A stretch of 64,000 nucleotides of DNA from Candidatus Bathyarchaeota archaeon (GCA_963772455.1 CAVYXJ010000010.1:192001-256000); one strand, 5' to 3'; counted from the stretch's first letter, positions 20,106 to 31,067 are shown. The notes: generated by a model not told the origin, from the sequence alone. Translations and numbers: made by a program.

Positions 20106-21149
20106 TTGGCTAATCTATCACAACTCAAATTTGCAATGGCAACATCTATTTTCTTATCAGCCTTCATATTTGGACTTCTAGTATTTGTCATAGTATACTT
20201 CTTGCAGTTAGACGTTTTTTCCGGTTTACTCTTAGCTTTAGGCGGCTCAGCATTATTCATTTTGTTTCAGTATGCGGTCGGTCCAGCTATCGTGGCTGCA
20301 ACAACCCATCTGCATTATCTAAAGCCCGGTGAAAACCTATGGCTTGAATCCACTGTCAAGGAGTTAGCTGACAAAAGCGGTCTACCTATGCCCAAACTAG
20401 CTACAGTTCCAAATAATACGCCAAACGCATTTACTTTTGGACGAACCACCAGCAGTGCAACCTTGGCTGTGCATGAAGGTCTTCTAAGACAGCTAAACGA
20501 AAACGAGGTAAAAGGAGTCATAGCCCACGAGCTGGGTCACATAAAACATAAAGACTACATCGTCATGACGGTGCTCTCAGCGTTACCACTGATTGCTTAC
20601 TATATTGCCCAAATTACGCTATATGCTGGAGCCTTTAGTGGTGGACGTAGAAACAGCAAAGATAACTCAGGAGCAGCTATCATTGCTATTGGCGTAATAG
20701 CGTTCATAGTTTACATAATTACATTTTTGATCGTCATGCGCCTTAGCCGACTCCGAGAACATTACGCAGACGCTTATTCCGCTTATGTGACTAACTCTCC
20801 CCGAGAACTCGAAAGTGCATTAGCAAAGATCACGTACGGTCTTTCCATCTCTCCCAAAGCACCCGAGGGAGCAAGAGCATTTTATATCGAAGACCCAGGT
20901 CAAGCAAAACAAGAAGTCCAACAAATAATGGACAAGAAAGACGCATACGATTTAGACCATGATGGTGTTTTAGATGAGCGTGAGTTGCACCTGGCAATGG
21001 AAAAAGAATCAAAGAGCACATGGGTTCAAATGAACAGCCTCTTTGCAACTCATCCACCCACATTTAAGCGCATTTTACTCTTACGCGAGATTGAACAAGA
21101 AATGCAAACAGGACAATACAGTAACGACAAAATGTACACTCACGTGTAG
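20106..21149 (+). CDS. htpX: HtpX-family (M48) membrane zinc metalloprotease
   Basis: PNAFTFG, AHELGH, SRLREHYAD and FATHPP. Confidence 0.9.
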   Translation: MANLSQLKFAMATSIFLSAFIFGLLVFVIVYFLQLDVFSGLLLALGGSALFILFQYAVGPAIVAATTHLHYLKPGENLWLESTVKELADKSGLPMPKLATVPNNTPNAFTFGRTTSSATLAVHEGLLRQLNENEVKGVIAHELGHIKHKDYIVMTVLSALPLIAYYIAQITLYAGAFSGGRRNSKDNSGAAIIAIGVIAFIVYIITFLIVMRLSRLREHYADAYSAYVTNSPRELESALAKITYGLSISPKAPEGARAFYIEDPGQAKQEVQQIMDKKDAYDLDHDGVLDERELHLAMEKESKSTWVQMNSLFATHPPTFKRILLLREIEQEMQTGQYSNDKMYTHV

Positions 21150-21244
21150 AAAACCAGTTTTTTGGTTAAAATTGTTGAAAACTATGCGAAGACTAATATC
21201 TCTGCGGAATCGATTTACTATAAAACTTCCCTGAGCGAGAAATA

Positions 21245-21454
21245 ATGTCAACGACCTATTGTCCTGAATGCGGCGGAGAATGCCATTACATGATAGGCAC
21301 CAAACTCTATGTCTGCAAAAGCTGCGGTTTATCAGTAACTCAACAAGAACTCATGGATTTGCGAGAAAAAAACAGACCAAAACGAGAAACTGAGGACGAC
21401 GAACGAGAGAACCGCAGAAAAGACTACCTTAAATGGTGGCTAAGCAAGAAATAG
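21245..21454 (+). CDS. Small CPxCG zinc-finger protein
   Basis: CPECGG...CKSCG followed by a charged helix. Confidence 0.75.
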   Translation: MSTTYCPECGGECHYMIGTKLYVCKSCGLSVTQQELMDLREKNRPKRETEDDERENRRKDYLKWWLSKK

Positions 21455-21599
21455 ATTTGATTGGAAAAGAAAGCGACTCTTCTTGTTAGCCTTGACTCTG
21501 TTTATTAATTTTTTCAAAGTCATTATCAGATTAATAGCATAAATCAAGCAAACTGTATAAAAGAAAACAACAATAATTTTACAATTAAGGAAATCTATC

Positions 21600-22424
21600 A
21601 TGAAAGTAGACATTGAAATCATCTGCATTGGTAATGAACTCCTTATCGGAAAAGTAAAAGACACAAACGCATACTACCTATCCAAACAAGCCACTAAACT
21701 TGGTGCAAACGTTAAACGCGTAACTCTAATTCAAGATACGCTAGAAGAAATATCCAGTGCCATCCGCGAAGCGATTGCACGAAAACCCCGGTTCATAATC
21801 ACCACAGGAGGGTTAGGACCTACTTTCGATGACAAAACCCTTCAAGGTCTTGCCAAAGCATTAAACCGCAAACTAGAAGTAAACTCAAAAGCATTAGAGA
21901 TTGTTAAACAAAAATGCTTAGAATACGCAAGAAAACGTCAATTGTCAACAGAAATAGAATTGACTCTACCAAGAGTTAAAATGGCGACCCTACCAGAGAA
22001 AACTGAGGTTGTGAACAATCCTGTTGGGACTGCACCTGGAGTAAGTGTTGAGGTGCAGGGAACTGTTTTGTTTGCCCTTCCCGGTGTACCTGTTGAGACG
22101 GAAGCGATTTTTAATGAAACCATTACCCCACTAATCAAACAAGCAGTAGGTAGCAATGTGTTTTGTGAGCGAAGCATTTTTGCCGATAACATAATTGAGT
22201 CACGTTTAGCTCCATTAATTGACAAAGTAATGGTCGATAATGTTGAAGTCTATGTTAAGTCACATCCGATGCGTTCGGAAAATAAACCTCACGTTGAACT
22301 TCATCTGACAATTATAGCGAGTCAAGAACAGAAGCCCGCTGAAAAACTCGCTAAAGCCGCCAAAGAACTTACCAGTTTAATCGAGGCAAATGATGGATTA
22401 GTCATTGTTGATGTAGAGGAGTAA
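21600..22424 (+). CDS. CinA N-terminal-like (COG1058, MocF fold) protein
   Basis: IGNELLIGKVKDTN, TTGGLGPTFDDKT, NPVGTAPG and LPGVP. Confidence 0.85.
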   Translation: MKVDIEIICIGNELLIGKVKDTNAYYLSKQATKLGANVKRVTLIQDTLEEISSAIREAIARKPRFIITTGGLGPTFDDKTLQGLAKALNRKLEVNSKALEIVKQKCLEYARKRQLSTEIELTLPRVKMATLPEKTEVVNNPVGTAPGVSVEVQGTVLFALPGVPVETEAIFNETITPLIKQAVGSNVFCERSIFADNIIESRLAPLIDKVMVDNVEVYVKSHPMRSENKPHVELHLTIIASQEQKPAEKLAKAAKELTSLIEANDGLVIVDVEE

Positions 22425-22489
22425 TTTAGGTAAGAACTTTAACTAAAGTTTGAAAACAAAATAAAATAAAAAGTTAAGAAAAGGAAAAA

Positions 22490-23668
22490 TTAGGCTTTTT
22501 TGGCATTCTCAAGTTCTTTCTTGAGCAGCTCAGCTTTGTCAGTTTTTTCCCATGGAAAATCTGCATCTTCTCTTCCAAAGTGACCGAACACTGCTGTTTT
22601 CTTGTAAATGGGTCTAAGTAAGTTTAACTGGTCGATGATTGCTTTAGGTCTCATGTCGAAATATTTTATTACTAATTCCAAGATTTTTTCGTCAGATAGT
22701 TTGCCTGTTTCGTAAGTGTTTACTAGTACTGAGATTGGTTTTGCGACGCCGATAGCGTAGGAAATTTGAACTTCGCATTGATCAGCGAGGCCTGAGGCAA
22801 CTACGTTTTTGGCTATGTATCTTGCCATATAGCATCCTGAGCGGTCTACTTTTGATGGGTCTTTGCCGCTGAAACATCCGCCGCCATGGCTTCCAACTCC
22901 GCCGTATGTGTCGACGATGATTTTTCTTCCTGTTAATCCTGAATCAGCTAATGTTCCGCCGATAACAAATCTGCCTGTTCCATTGATTACATAATTTATA
23001 TCTGGCGCCATCATTTCAGCCGGGATGACGTTTTTAATTACTTTTTCAATTATATCATTTTTTAAGGTTTTATCATCAACAGTTCCATTGTTTTGAGCTG
23101 CAATTACTACTGTTTTGACACATTTTGGTTTGCAACAGTCGTATTCGACTGTAACTTGTGACTTGCAATCTGGGCGTAGATATGGCATGATTTTTGTTTT
23201 TCTGCATTCAGCTAAACGTTTAACAAGTTTTTGAGCCAACATGATTGGCAAAGGCATAAGCTCTTTTGTTTCATTGGATGCATAGCCGAACACCATTCCT
23301 TGATCACCGGCACCTTGTTCATGGCCTTTGGATTCGGTTACTCCCATAGAAATGTCCGGAGACTGTTCAGTTAATGAAACTAAAACGCCGCATGTTTCCC
23401 AGTCTAAGCCATCTTTTGCGTTGTCGAAACCAATTTCTTTGAGTGTTTGGCGAACAATTTTTGGGATGTTAACGTAGGAGCATGTTGTAATTTGACCCGT
23501 AATCATTACGGTTCCCTGCATAACAAGAGTTTCGCAGTCAACTCTTGCTTTTGGATCGCAAGTGAATATTGCGTCTAAAACGCTATCGGATATTTGGTCT
23601 GCAACTTTATCTGGGTGACCCTCTCCAACTGACTCGGATGTAAACAAATATTTACCGTTTTTTTTCAT
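22490..23668 (-). CDS. metK: S-adenosylmethionine synthetase, bacterial/eukaryal type
   Basis: [30 protein letters not shown] and [16 protein letters not shown]. Confidence 0.95.
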   Translation of the reverse strand: MKKNGKYLFTSESVGEGHPDKVADQISDSVLDAIFTCDPKARVDCETLVMQGTVMITGQITTCSYVNIPKIVRQTLKEIGFDNAKDGLDWETCGVLVSLTEQSPDISMGVTESKGHEQGAGDQGMVFGYASNETKELMPLPIMLAQKLVKRLAECRKTKIMPYLRPDCKSQVTVEYDCCKPKCVKTVVIAAQNNGTVDDKTLKNDIIEKVIKNVIPAEMMAPDINYVINGTGRFVIGGTLADSGLTGRKIIVDTYGGVGSHGGGCFSGKDPSKVDRSGCYMARYIAKNVVASGLADQCEVQISYAIGVAKPISVLVNTYETGKLSDEKILELVIKYFDMRPKAIIDQLNLLRPIYKKTAVFGHFGREDADFPWEKTDKAELLKKELENAKKA

Positions 23669-23830
23669 TGGAATCTCTTCCTTCTAAACGTGTGTTAGCC
23701 ATAGTAACCTGCTTTTTTTCTTAAAAGGCTTTCGACAATATAAGCAATTAATCAATAGATAATTGCTCACCAAAGGGTTTGCAGAAACAATTTTAGATTC
23801 CGTTGACACACAAACCTCCAGAGGGATTAT

Positions 23831-24208
23831 GTGAAAAAATTTGTAATAACCTCGAATGCACCAAAACCAATTGGACCATACAGTCAAGCTATTGAAGCTG
23901 GAAATTTTCTGTATGTTTCTGGACAGTTAGCAATTGACCCAAAAGAAGGCAAAATAATTGTTGAGAATATCCAGCTCCAAACACGTCAAGTTATGGAAAA
24001 CATTAAAGCAATCTTGCAAGCAGCTGGGTATAGTCTAAAAGAGGTAGTTCAATCTACTGTGTATCTGTCTTCGATGGCATTGTTTAAGGAATTTAACAAC
24101 GAATATACGAACTACTTTGAATCAGATTATCCTGCTCGAGCAACAGTTGGTGCAGAACTTAAGGCAGGCGCACTTGTTGAAATTTCAGTCATCGCTTACA
24201 AGGACTGA
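23831..24208 (+). CDS. ridA: RidA/YjgF family enamine deaminase
   Basis: APKPIGPYSQA, SGQL, FNNEY...PARATV and LVEI. Confidence 0.9.
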   Translation: MKKFVITSNAPKPIGPYSQAIEAGNFLYVSGQLAIDPKEGKIIVENIQLQTRQVMENIKAILQAAGYSLKEVVQSTVYLSSMALFKEFNNEYTNYFESDYPARATVGAELKAGALVEISVIAYKD

Positions 24209-24267
24209 TTGCACTTCCTTTAAGAAGTTATAAAAACCAGTCAACGCTTAGTACAAATAGACAAGAC

Positions 24268-24894
24268 ATGGCTGCATCACTCAAGAAATTCATGCAACAA
24301 ATCGCTGGAAAAAAAGCTCCAGGACCATCAACATCATTCACAATATTCCATGTCTTCTATGCATTGGAGCTTATGGCACAAAAGCCACTTGGTAGAAATA
24401 AATTAGCGGAAAAACTTAACGTTGGAGATGGTGCTGTTCGTACAATTATTAGCAGACTCAGAGAAGCAGATCTTATTGAAACCTCAAAAGAAGGATGCAA
24501 CCTTACAAAAAAAGGCATAGAAATTTGGAAGCAATTTGAAGAAATTTTTCCAAAAAGAATCGAAATTCCACACTCAGAGCTGGCTGCATCTGAATTTAAT
24601 TTTGCTTTCTTAGTCAAGAATAGCGGACAGAAAGTTGGATCTGGAATTGACCAACGTGACGCTGCTATTATTGCTGGTGCACGCAAAGCCTTAGTAATTG
24701 TTTACCAGAATGGACATTTAATCATCGAGTCCGTAAGTGACTGTATTGAGCAAAAGTATCCTAAGGCCTCGAATTTAATTCTTAAAGAGTTAAACCCAAA
24801 TGACAACGATGTTATCATTATTGCTGGTGCTGAATCTATTTTGAAAGCTAAACGTGGAGCGTTTGCGGCAAGCTGGTCGCTAGTACAAGTTTAA
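24268..24894 (+). CDS. Archaeal winged-helix protein with a DUF4443-like C-terminal domain
   Basis: LGRNKLAEKLNVGDGAVRTIISRL HTH and GIDQRDAAIIAGA. Confidence 0.7.
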   Translation: MAASLKKFMQQIAGKKAPGPSTSFTIFHVFYALELMAQKPLGRNKLAEKLNVGDGAVRTIISRLREADLIETSKEGCNLTKKGIEIWKQFEEIFPKRIEIPHSELAASEFNFAFLVKNSGQKVGSGIDQRDAAIIAGARKALVIVYQNGHLIIESVSDCIEQKYPKASNLILKELNPNDNDVIIIAGAESILKAKRGAFAASWSLVQV

Positions 24895-25652
24895 GTTGTA
24901 TATTTTTCTCCTTCGTTCAAAATTCGTTCAAGTAATGTGTTAACGTTGACCATGCCTTCGTTTGTTTTGGAAGAAACGGGCATTAATAGGAATTGTAAGC
25001 CCAATTTGTTGATTGCTTGCATCATGTTTCGACTGAAAAGTCGTTTTGTTCCTTCAAGCTTTTGTTCTATTGCATCTTCAAGAGCGTTGGTGTTTGCTGA
25101 CCAATTTGCTATTGCTTGTACATCCTTCTTTGGCACTAAATCGCTCTTTGAAAGCAGATGAACCTGCGGCTGGAAAAACCTGTTATATACTGCTGCAGCC
25201 AAGAACATGTTTGAAACATAATTTAATGGATTAATTGAAAAGACAGCGTCGAAGAGGTAGATTAGGGCTTTTGGCTCTTTTGTTAATTCATCAACGATGT
25301 ATGGTCCACTTGCGCGGAAAGCAAAAAGTTCCATTTGACCGGGAGTGTCTACAAGGACGAAGTCGGCGTGAGCGTCATCGATGTCTCTTGTTAAATTTTC
25401 TATTTCATCCGCAATCAAGTCAGCAGCCATAATCATGGCGCCATTGGGACCTAAACTGTATTTATCCATAATGTCATCAACATTAACATAGTTGCGCACA
25501 TCAACGTCCGGCTGATAGGGTAACTTTAGCGCACCAGGATCCAAATTAACAACGGCCACATCCTGTTTTGACATTTTTAGCCATTCGGCAAACGCAGCTG
25601 TGAAAAGGGATTTGCCTGAACCAGCAGTCCCAATAATAAATGCTAAAGGCAC
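24891..25652 (-). CDS. GPN-loop GTPase
   Basis: GTAGSGKS, NLDPG, LGPNGA and DTPGQMELF. Confidence 0.92.
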   Translation of the reverse strand: MPLAFIIGTAGSGKSLFTAAFAEWLKMSKQDVAVVNLDPGALKLPYQPDVDVRNYVNVDDIMDKYSLGPNGAMIMAADLIADEIENLTRDIDDAHADFVLVDTPGQMELFAFRASGPYIVDELTKEPKALIYLFDAVFSINPLNYVSNMFLAAAVYNRFFQPQVHLLSKSDLVPKKDVQAIANWSANTNALEDAIEQKLEGTKRLFSRNMMQAINKLGLQFLLMPVSSKTNEGMVNVNTLLERILNEGEKYTT

Positions 25653-25841
25653 GATTTTATCTCCGCTTACGAGTGAACTGCGTTGGAAATAATAACCTTT
25701 CTACTTAGTGCCTTAGTCATTTTAGGAGCATATGCTCTTTTTATTTTTACTTGGATGTGCGGTTATTGTGGTCCCAAATTATTTCTTGAGAAAATTCTCA
25801 TAAAAAGATTCGCTGATACTGCTCGCTTGATTCAATTCTTT

Positions 25842-25872
25842 AGTCAATAAATATTGACTTGTTTTTAGTCAA
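25842..25872. promoter_or_regulatory. Overlapping inverted repeats, candidate operator
   Basis: AGTCAATA-AA-TATTGACT overlapping TTGACT-N7-AGTCAA in the divergent intergenic region. Confidence 0.35.
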
Positions 25873-26110
25873 GAAATCCTTACGAGAACCCTTTAATCCG
25901 CAAAACCCGGATTTTAAGTAGGGATTGGATATGGACTACATTAATGAAATATCCGATTTGAACCATAAACTGATTTTCCCTGACTTATACCTAAAGTTGA
26001 ATGTATCTTCTTGCGCTGAAGTAGCAAGGAGCTCTAGGCAAGAGTTCATTGTTAAGCAAATTACCGTTACTATTGAAAAGGCGAAACCTATTGCAAAGGG
26101 GCAGGGTTAA

Positions 26111-27214
26111 GTGGCGAAGCTCAATCAACTCAGAGGGCGCGCCGTTAACGTTGATCTAATTCGAACAATAGCTATGGTGGGAGTTCTCCTGCTTCATGCT
26201 TCAGGTCGATTCTCAATAACTCCTAATGAACTCAATCAACTGACTCCAGTAGAATTTGCCCGTTGGGGCGTCGTTGATATTTACCAAAGTGTAGCAGTTC
26301 CTCTGGGTGTTCCATTATTTTTAATGCTCAGTGGAGCACTTTTGTTGCAGCCTTCAAAAACTGATGAAAGCCTCCGAGTCTTCTTTAAGAAACGATGGGT
26401 AAGAATAGGTTTGCCCACTTTTTTTTGGGGCGTCGCCTATTTTGCGTGGGACTTCTTAGTACAAAAAATACCGTTTTCTGAAGCCGCAATTATCCAAGGC
26501 ATACTCAATGGTCCTTACACTCAGTTGTGGTACCTCTATGTGCTCGTTGGCCTTTATCTTCTGACTCCGCTCCTACGCGTAATTATAGCTCATGCAGATG
26601 AGAGTTTGATAAAATACTTTGTAATACTGTGGGTCGTTGGGGTAGCTGTCATACCTTTCTTCAGTTTATTTACATCATACCAGTTGAATAGTAATGTCTT
26701 TGTGATTTCAGGATATGCGGGATTCTTCGTTTTAGGCACATACCTATCAACAGTTCAAATACGTCGCAAAACTCTCTCGATTCTTATTATTCTTGGGATT
26801 GGTTTGACTGCGGTTGCAACCTACGTGTTAGCTGCGACTGTTGGAGGCAAGGAAATGTATTTCTTTCAACAATATTTTAGCCCCACAGTCATTTTAGCCT
26901 CAGTTATGTTGTTTCTGCTATTATTCACAGTGAAGCCTCCAGTCGTTCAGAAAGAAAATGAGAACCGCCCTGTCAAAGTCTCTGGAAGCAGTAGACTAAT
27001 TCAACTTATCAGCCAAAACACTTTAGGTATATTCTTCATCCACGTCATGATAATTGAATCTATTCAACTTGGCTACTTCGGTTTCTCGATTAACCGTAAC
27101 ATACTAGATCCAATCATTGAAATCCCATTATTGACAGCAATCGTATTGCTTGTTTCGCTTGCAATAATTCTTTTACTAAAAAAGATACCATATCTAAAGA
27201 GACTGATTGATTGA
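26111..27214 (+). CDS. Acyltransferase-3 (YiaH/WecH-like) membrane O-acyltransferase
   Basis: DLIRTIAMVGVLLLH, VPLFLMLSGALLL, FFKKRWVRI and LWYLY, with about 10 TM segments. Confidence 0.85.
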   Translation: MAKLNQLRGRAVNVDLIRTIAMVGVLLLHASGRFSITPNELNQLTPVEFARWGVVDIYQSVAVPLGVPLFLMLSGALLLQPSKTDESLRVFFKKRWVRIGLPTFFWGVAYFAWDFLVQKIPFSEAAIIQGILNGPYTQLWYLYVLVGLYLLTPLLRVIIAHADESLIKYFVILWVVGVAVIPFFSLFTSYQLNSNVFVISGYAGFFVLGTYLSTVQIRRKTLSILIILGIGLTAVATYVLAATVGGKEMYFFQQYFSPTVILASVMLFLLLFTVKPPVVQKENENRPVKVSGSSRLIQLISQNTLGIFFIHVMIIESIQLGYFGFSINRNILDPIIEIPLLTAIVLLVSLAIILLLKKIPYLKRLID

Positions 27215-27930
27215 AGACCCAGATTATTAAAAAACGAAAATTTCTGGTAATTGGCTTAGCAATCCTGTTCGTATTGTCAGGAATAACAGTGCACTTCATT
27301 TTGGACAACGCAAACAAAAACTCAGTTGCTCTCCGTGTTGCTTGTGTCGGCGACAGCCTCACACAGTCAACCGCTTATCCATATGACCTCTGGATGCTTC
27401 TTGGCAACACTGATTTTACTGTTCGCAACTTTGGCGCGGGCTCCACAACTGTTTTGCTTAATTCTGAGACGCCATACATGAAAACAAACATTTTTCAAAA
27501 TGCCTTGGAATTTCAACCTAACATAATAATCATTATGCTGGGAACCAACGATGCTCAACCAAGCCTTCACCGATACAATACAAGTTTCGTGGATGACTAT
27601 GTGAAGTTGGTTGCCGCTTTCCAAGGGCTTTCAAGTAAACCAAAAATATGGATTGTCCTGCCACCGCCAATTTTCAGCAATCAAGATAACAAAATCGATC
27701 AAGAATACTTCAAACTTACAATAATTCCAGCCATCGAACAGGTAGCACGTGAGACTAATTTGCCAATCGTCGATGTTTATTCAGCTTTGATCAGCCACCC
27801 TAATTTTTTTTCTGATGGTTTACACGTTAATAGCGAGGGTGCAAAATTAATTGCTGACCAGATATACAAGGCTATATTCCCAGTAACCCAACGAGAAGAT
27901 CAATTTATAGGTCAAACGGAAAAGAAGTAA
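27211..27930 (+). CDS. Membrane-anchored SGNH/GDSL esterase
   Basis: N-terminal TM, GDSLT, NFG, MLGTND and DGLH. Start overlaps the AT3 stop codon. Confidence 0.88.
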   Translation: MKTQIIKKRKFLVIGLAILFVLSGITVHFILDNANKNSVALRVACVGDSLTQSTAYPYDLWMLLGNTDFTVRNFGAGSTTVLLNSETPYMKTNIFQNALEFQPNIIIIMLGTNDAQPSLHRYNTSFVDDYVKLVAAFQGLSSKPKIWIVLPPPIFSNQDNKIDQEYFKLTIIPAIEQVARETNLPIVDVYSALISHPNFFSDGLHVNSEGAKLIADQIYKAIFPVTQREDQFIGQTEKK

Positions 27931-27944
27931 AAGAAAAAGTTGAG

Positions 27945-29071
27945 TTACTGTTTGCCCATTGGGTTTTTGCGTAATGCTTCGATTGCTTTGGGATCTTCCT
28001 GCAAGATCTTAGGTATATAGTTGCATGCCGGATCTGATTCGAATAGGTCACCTGTGTAGAATTCTGCGCGTGTTCTGCATCCTCCGCATATCTCTCTATA
28101 TTCGCAAATTCCGCATCTGCCCTTGAGATTGCTCTTGTCACGTAGCTTAAGGTGTAATTCGCTCTTCTGGAGATTTTCCCATGCAGTTCGTAGTTTCGTT
28201 TCTTTGACATTGCCGATGCGGTAGCCTTCGTGGAAGCCGCAGCTTCGGTAGTCACCGTTTTCAGTGATGCCGATGTAGTTGCCGCCTATTGTGCATTTTC
28301 CAAGATATCCTTCGTTGTACCATTGCCAGAAGTCAGCAGGGTTTTTTTGTCGGACTATGCGCGCGTAAAAGGGTGCATAAACGTTGACTTTGACTTTTCC
28401 GTAGAGTTTACGTTGGATGTCGTAAATTTCATTGAACGCAGTTTCGTATTGTTCTGGTGTTGGAGCTATATCCTCCATGTGTTCTCCTGCTCTTCCGACT
28501 GGAACAAGGTTGTGGTAGACTAGCATGCGGGCTTTGTATTCTTCTGCGAGAGCAGCTGGATGAGCCATCTGATGGATGTTGTGCTTAGTCATGGTTGTGA
28601 CCAAGGCAGTCTAGCAACCCGACTTCACTAAGTTTTTTCATGGCGTGTAAGGCTTTGTCATAACCGCCTTTTCGTGCGGATCATGTCGTTTGTATCTTTG
28701 TTACCATCAATGCTGATTGCCGTGTGAACTTCATATTTGCGCAGTTTATCAAAGCGTTCCTCATCCCAAGCAAAGCCGCTTGTGATTAAGCTGACTTTCA
28801 TGCCGTGCTTTTTCTCTGCGTATTCGATAACTTCCCAAACGTCAGGTCTAACCAACGGTTCTCCGCCGCTAATTCCTAACCATTGCGAACCGAATTCTGC
28901 CATTTCATCAACCATATGTTTAGCCTGGGCAGTGTTCAGCTCTTGATCTTTTGCATATTCCTTGGTGTAACTACAATATGTGCAGCTGCCTACACAGTTG
29001 CGGGTGCATCGCCAAACAACCATGAACAATGGGGCTGTGATTGGATTCATTGAATTATTCATTGAATTCAC
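27945..29071 (-). CDS. Radical SAM/SPASM protein #1 (two frameshifts near 28605-28670)
   Basis: CVGSCTYC, SGGEPL and SIDG. SPASM CTIGG...GDYRSC...GNV...CGICEYREICGGCRTRA...DPAC. Confidence 0.85.
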
Positions 29072-29174
29072 AGAGTCAAGTTAAATTCGGCTAATCGATA
29101 TAAAACTTCCCCTAAAAAATTGAATTTCTATTTTTTTGTAAAAAATGCAGAAAATTCTGTTATGTTAGAAAAGC

Positions 29175-29630
29175 TTATTCTTTTTCAATTTGGTTTTTGC
29201 GTCTTTTTTGAAGCAATCCTTCTATTGTGAATACTGCCATTGCCAAACCTGTGATTAGTGTTAAGAGAAGAAAGAAAACTTTGAATTCTAGATTTTCACT
29301 CGAAAAATGAATGAATAAAACAACTAGTTCAACTAACAAAATTGATAAGAAAATCAGCGAATATAACCACATTTTTGGCATTAATCGATGTCCAAGCCAT
29401 AAATGTCCCTCAATTTGGGCTTTGCGTTTAACAGTATATTCACCATAATCATTTTTTTGCAGGTAACCTAAGTCTTCAAGTTTCTGTAGATGTCTGTAAG
29501 CAACACTTGGACTGCTGAGGTTGACTCCTTTCATAACGTCTCTGGGGCCTACAGGCTTCCCTTTTTTTACGGCGTGCAAATAGACATTTAACGTTATTCC
29601 TTCAAGTTCAACCTTATCGTTATTAGTCAA
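29175..29630 (-). CDS. Winged-helix DNA-binding protein with two C-terminal TM helices
   Basis: PVGPRDVMKGVNLSSPSVAYRHLQKLEDLG followed by two hydrophobic helices. Paralog of 52567..53001. Confidence 0.75.
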   Translation of the reverse strand: MTNNDKVELEGITLNVYLHAVKKGKPVGPRDVMKGVNLSSPSVAYRHLQKLEDLGYLQKNDYGEYTVKRKAQIEGHLWLGHRLMPKMWLYSLIFLSILLVELVVLFIHFSSENLEFKVFFLLLTLITGLAMAVFTIEGLLQKRRKNQIEKE

Positions 29631-29951
29631 GTTATTTCACCTCATCTGAAGGATAATTACTTTTTGCGTGTATTAGCTTTACCTAAAAATTTTTTTTTCG
29701 AAGGTTTTGTCCGAAAAAGATTCTCTGAACACTTAGGTGCAATTCCAATCTGTACAATATTTCTTCGAAAGATTTCATTGAGAAAATATTTCTTCATGAA
29801 CGCACATTTTAAAACTGTATTTATAAATTTCAATATTTATCGGATACTGAGTAAGAAATTAAGTTAAATAACGCAAAAATCTTTCTCTTTCCGAAAGAGT
29901 TTAATATTTAACGCTTAGATAGCACTCTTAACATTTAAGAGGTAAAACAAA

Positions 29952-31067
29952 ATGAGCAAAGAAACCCCTCAAGATCTAGTTGTTAAATCCGCTCCCCACA
30001 TAACCGGTCCAATGTCCAAGAATCGTCTAATGCAATACACTTTTTTCGCCCTTCTTGCAGTTACAATCGTCTCAGCCGCTTTATGGTCTCAAACTACAAC
30101 TGTCTCAGGATGGAACTTAGGCTTAACCGTTGGTATCTGTGCACTATTAGCAGTCGGCATAGCCGTCGGAGTAGATTTGCTAATAGGCAAAATCACCTCC
30201 GATAGTGAAGTAAACACTTGGTCTGCAGCAGTCTTCGGCTTAATCGTGACTTGTTGTTATACACTGGGTACACCTTCCATGAACACTGAAGTAGGATTAC
30301 CCGTTGAAGCTCCACTAGCATTTGTCTATGTTGCCATAATTTCACTTTTAGGTATGCTGGTGTTTAAGAAACTTATGGGCTTAGCCGGCAGAAAGCTAGT
30401 AAACCCCGCAGCAGCAGCCAAATTCCTCGTACTTTTGCCAACTGTCACAACAACGCTTCTTGCAATCGACCACCTTAAATCAGGTCCCCTCCAAGTTCCT
30501 TCACTAGCAGGCGGAATCAGCGCATTATCAGTCATTTCAGGTAACGGCGGCGCAGCATTCGGCAGCTACATACAAGGATGTTATGCCAACCCATCCACAA
30601 TTGCCTCAGGTATGCCTGACATTACATCTTTAATGATCCTGGCAAAGTATCATGGATGGATAGGCGGAGCATCAAGCGTTGCAGTAATTATAGCTGGTGT
30701 AGCCCTCTTTATCTTGGCGCGAAAATACATCAAATGGAAAATTACCGTAAGCTACCTCGTCGCAATTGCAGTCCTTTCATTGATGTTCTCCTTCATCTTC
30801 GCAGACGGTGACTTAACCACAAGACTCCTCTTCGAGGTATTCATGGGTAGTTCGATATTCCTAGCGTTCTTCATGGCAACAGACCCTGCAACAACACCCT
30901 TAACTAGCATAGGACAAGTCATCTTCGGAATCGGATTAGCGATATTGACAATTCTTATACAGACATATCTGAACTTCTTCGGCGGTGCACTTATGGCATT
31001 ACTCATTATGAACTTGACAGTGCCACTCCTTGACCGAATAGGTATACACAAACCCTTTGGGAGATGA
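29952..31067 (+). CDS. rnfD: RnfD/NqrB-family membrane subunit
   Basis: SAPHI, NPAAAA, GWIGGASS and FFMATDPATTP, multi-TM. Confidence 0.8.
   Translation: MSKETPQDLVVKSAPHITGPMSKNRLMQYTFFALLAVTIVSAALWSQTTTVSGWNLGLTVGICALLAVGIAVGVDLLIGKITSDSEVNTWSAAVFGLIVTCCYTLGTPSMNTEVGLPVEAPLAFVYVAIISLLGMLVFKKLMGLAGRKLVNPAAAAKFLVLLPTVTTTLLAIDHLKSGPLQVPSLAGGISALSVISGNGGAAFGSYIQGCYANPSTIASGMPDITSLMILAKYHGWIGGASSVAVIIAGVALFILARKYIKWKITVSYLVAIAVLSLMFSFIFADGDLTTRLLFEVFMGSSIFLAFFMATDPATTPLTSIGQVIFGIGLAILTILIQTYLNFFGGALMALLIMNLTVPLLDRIGIHKPFGR

Noticed and set aside
25925-26110. 61-aa ORF abutting the acyltransferase start
   Set aside because: It has no recognisable motif or SD and may be promoter or leader sequence, so it was not called.
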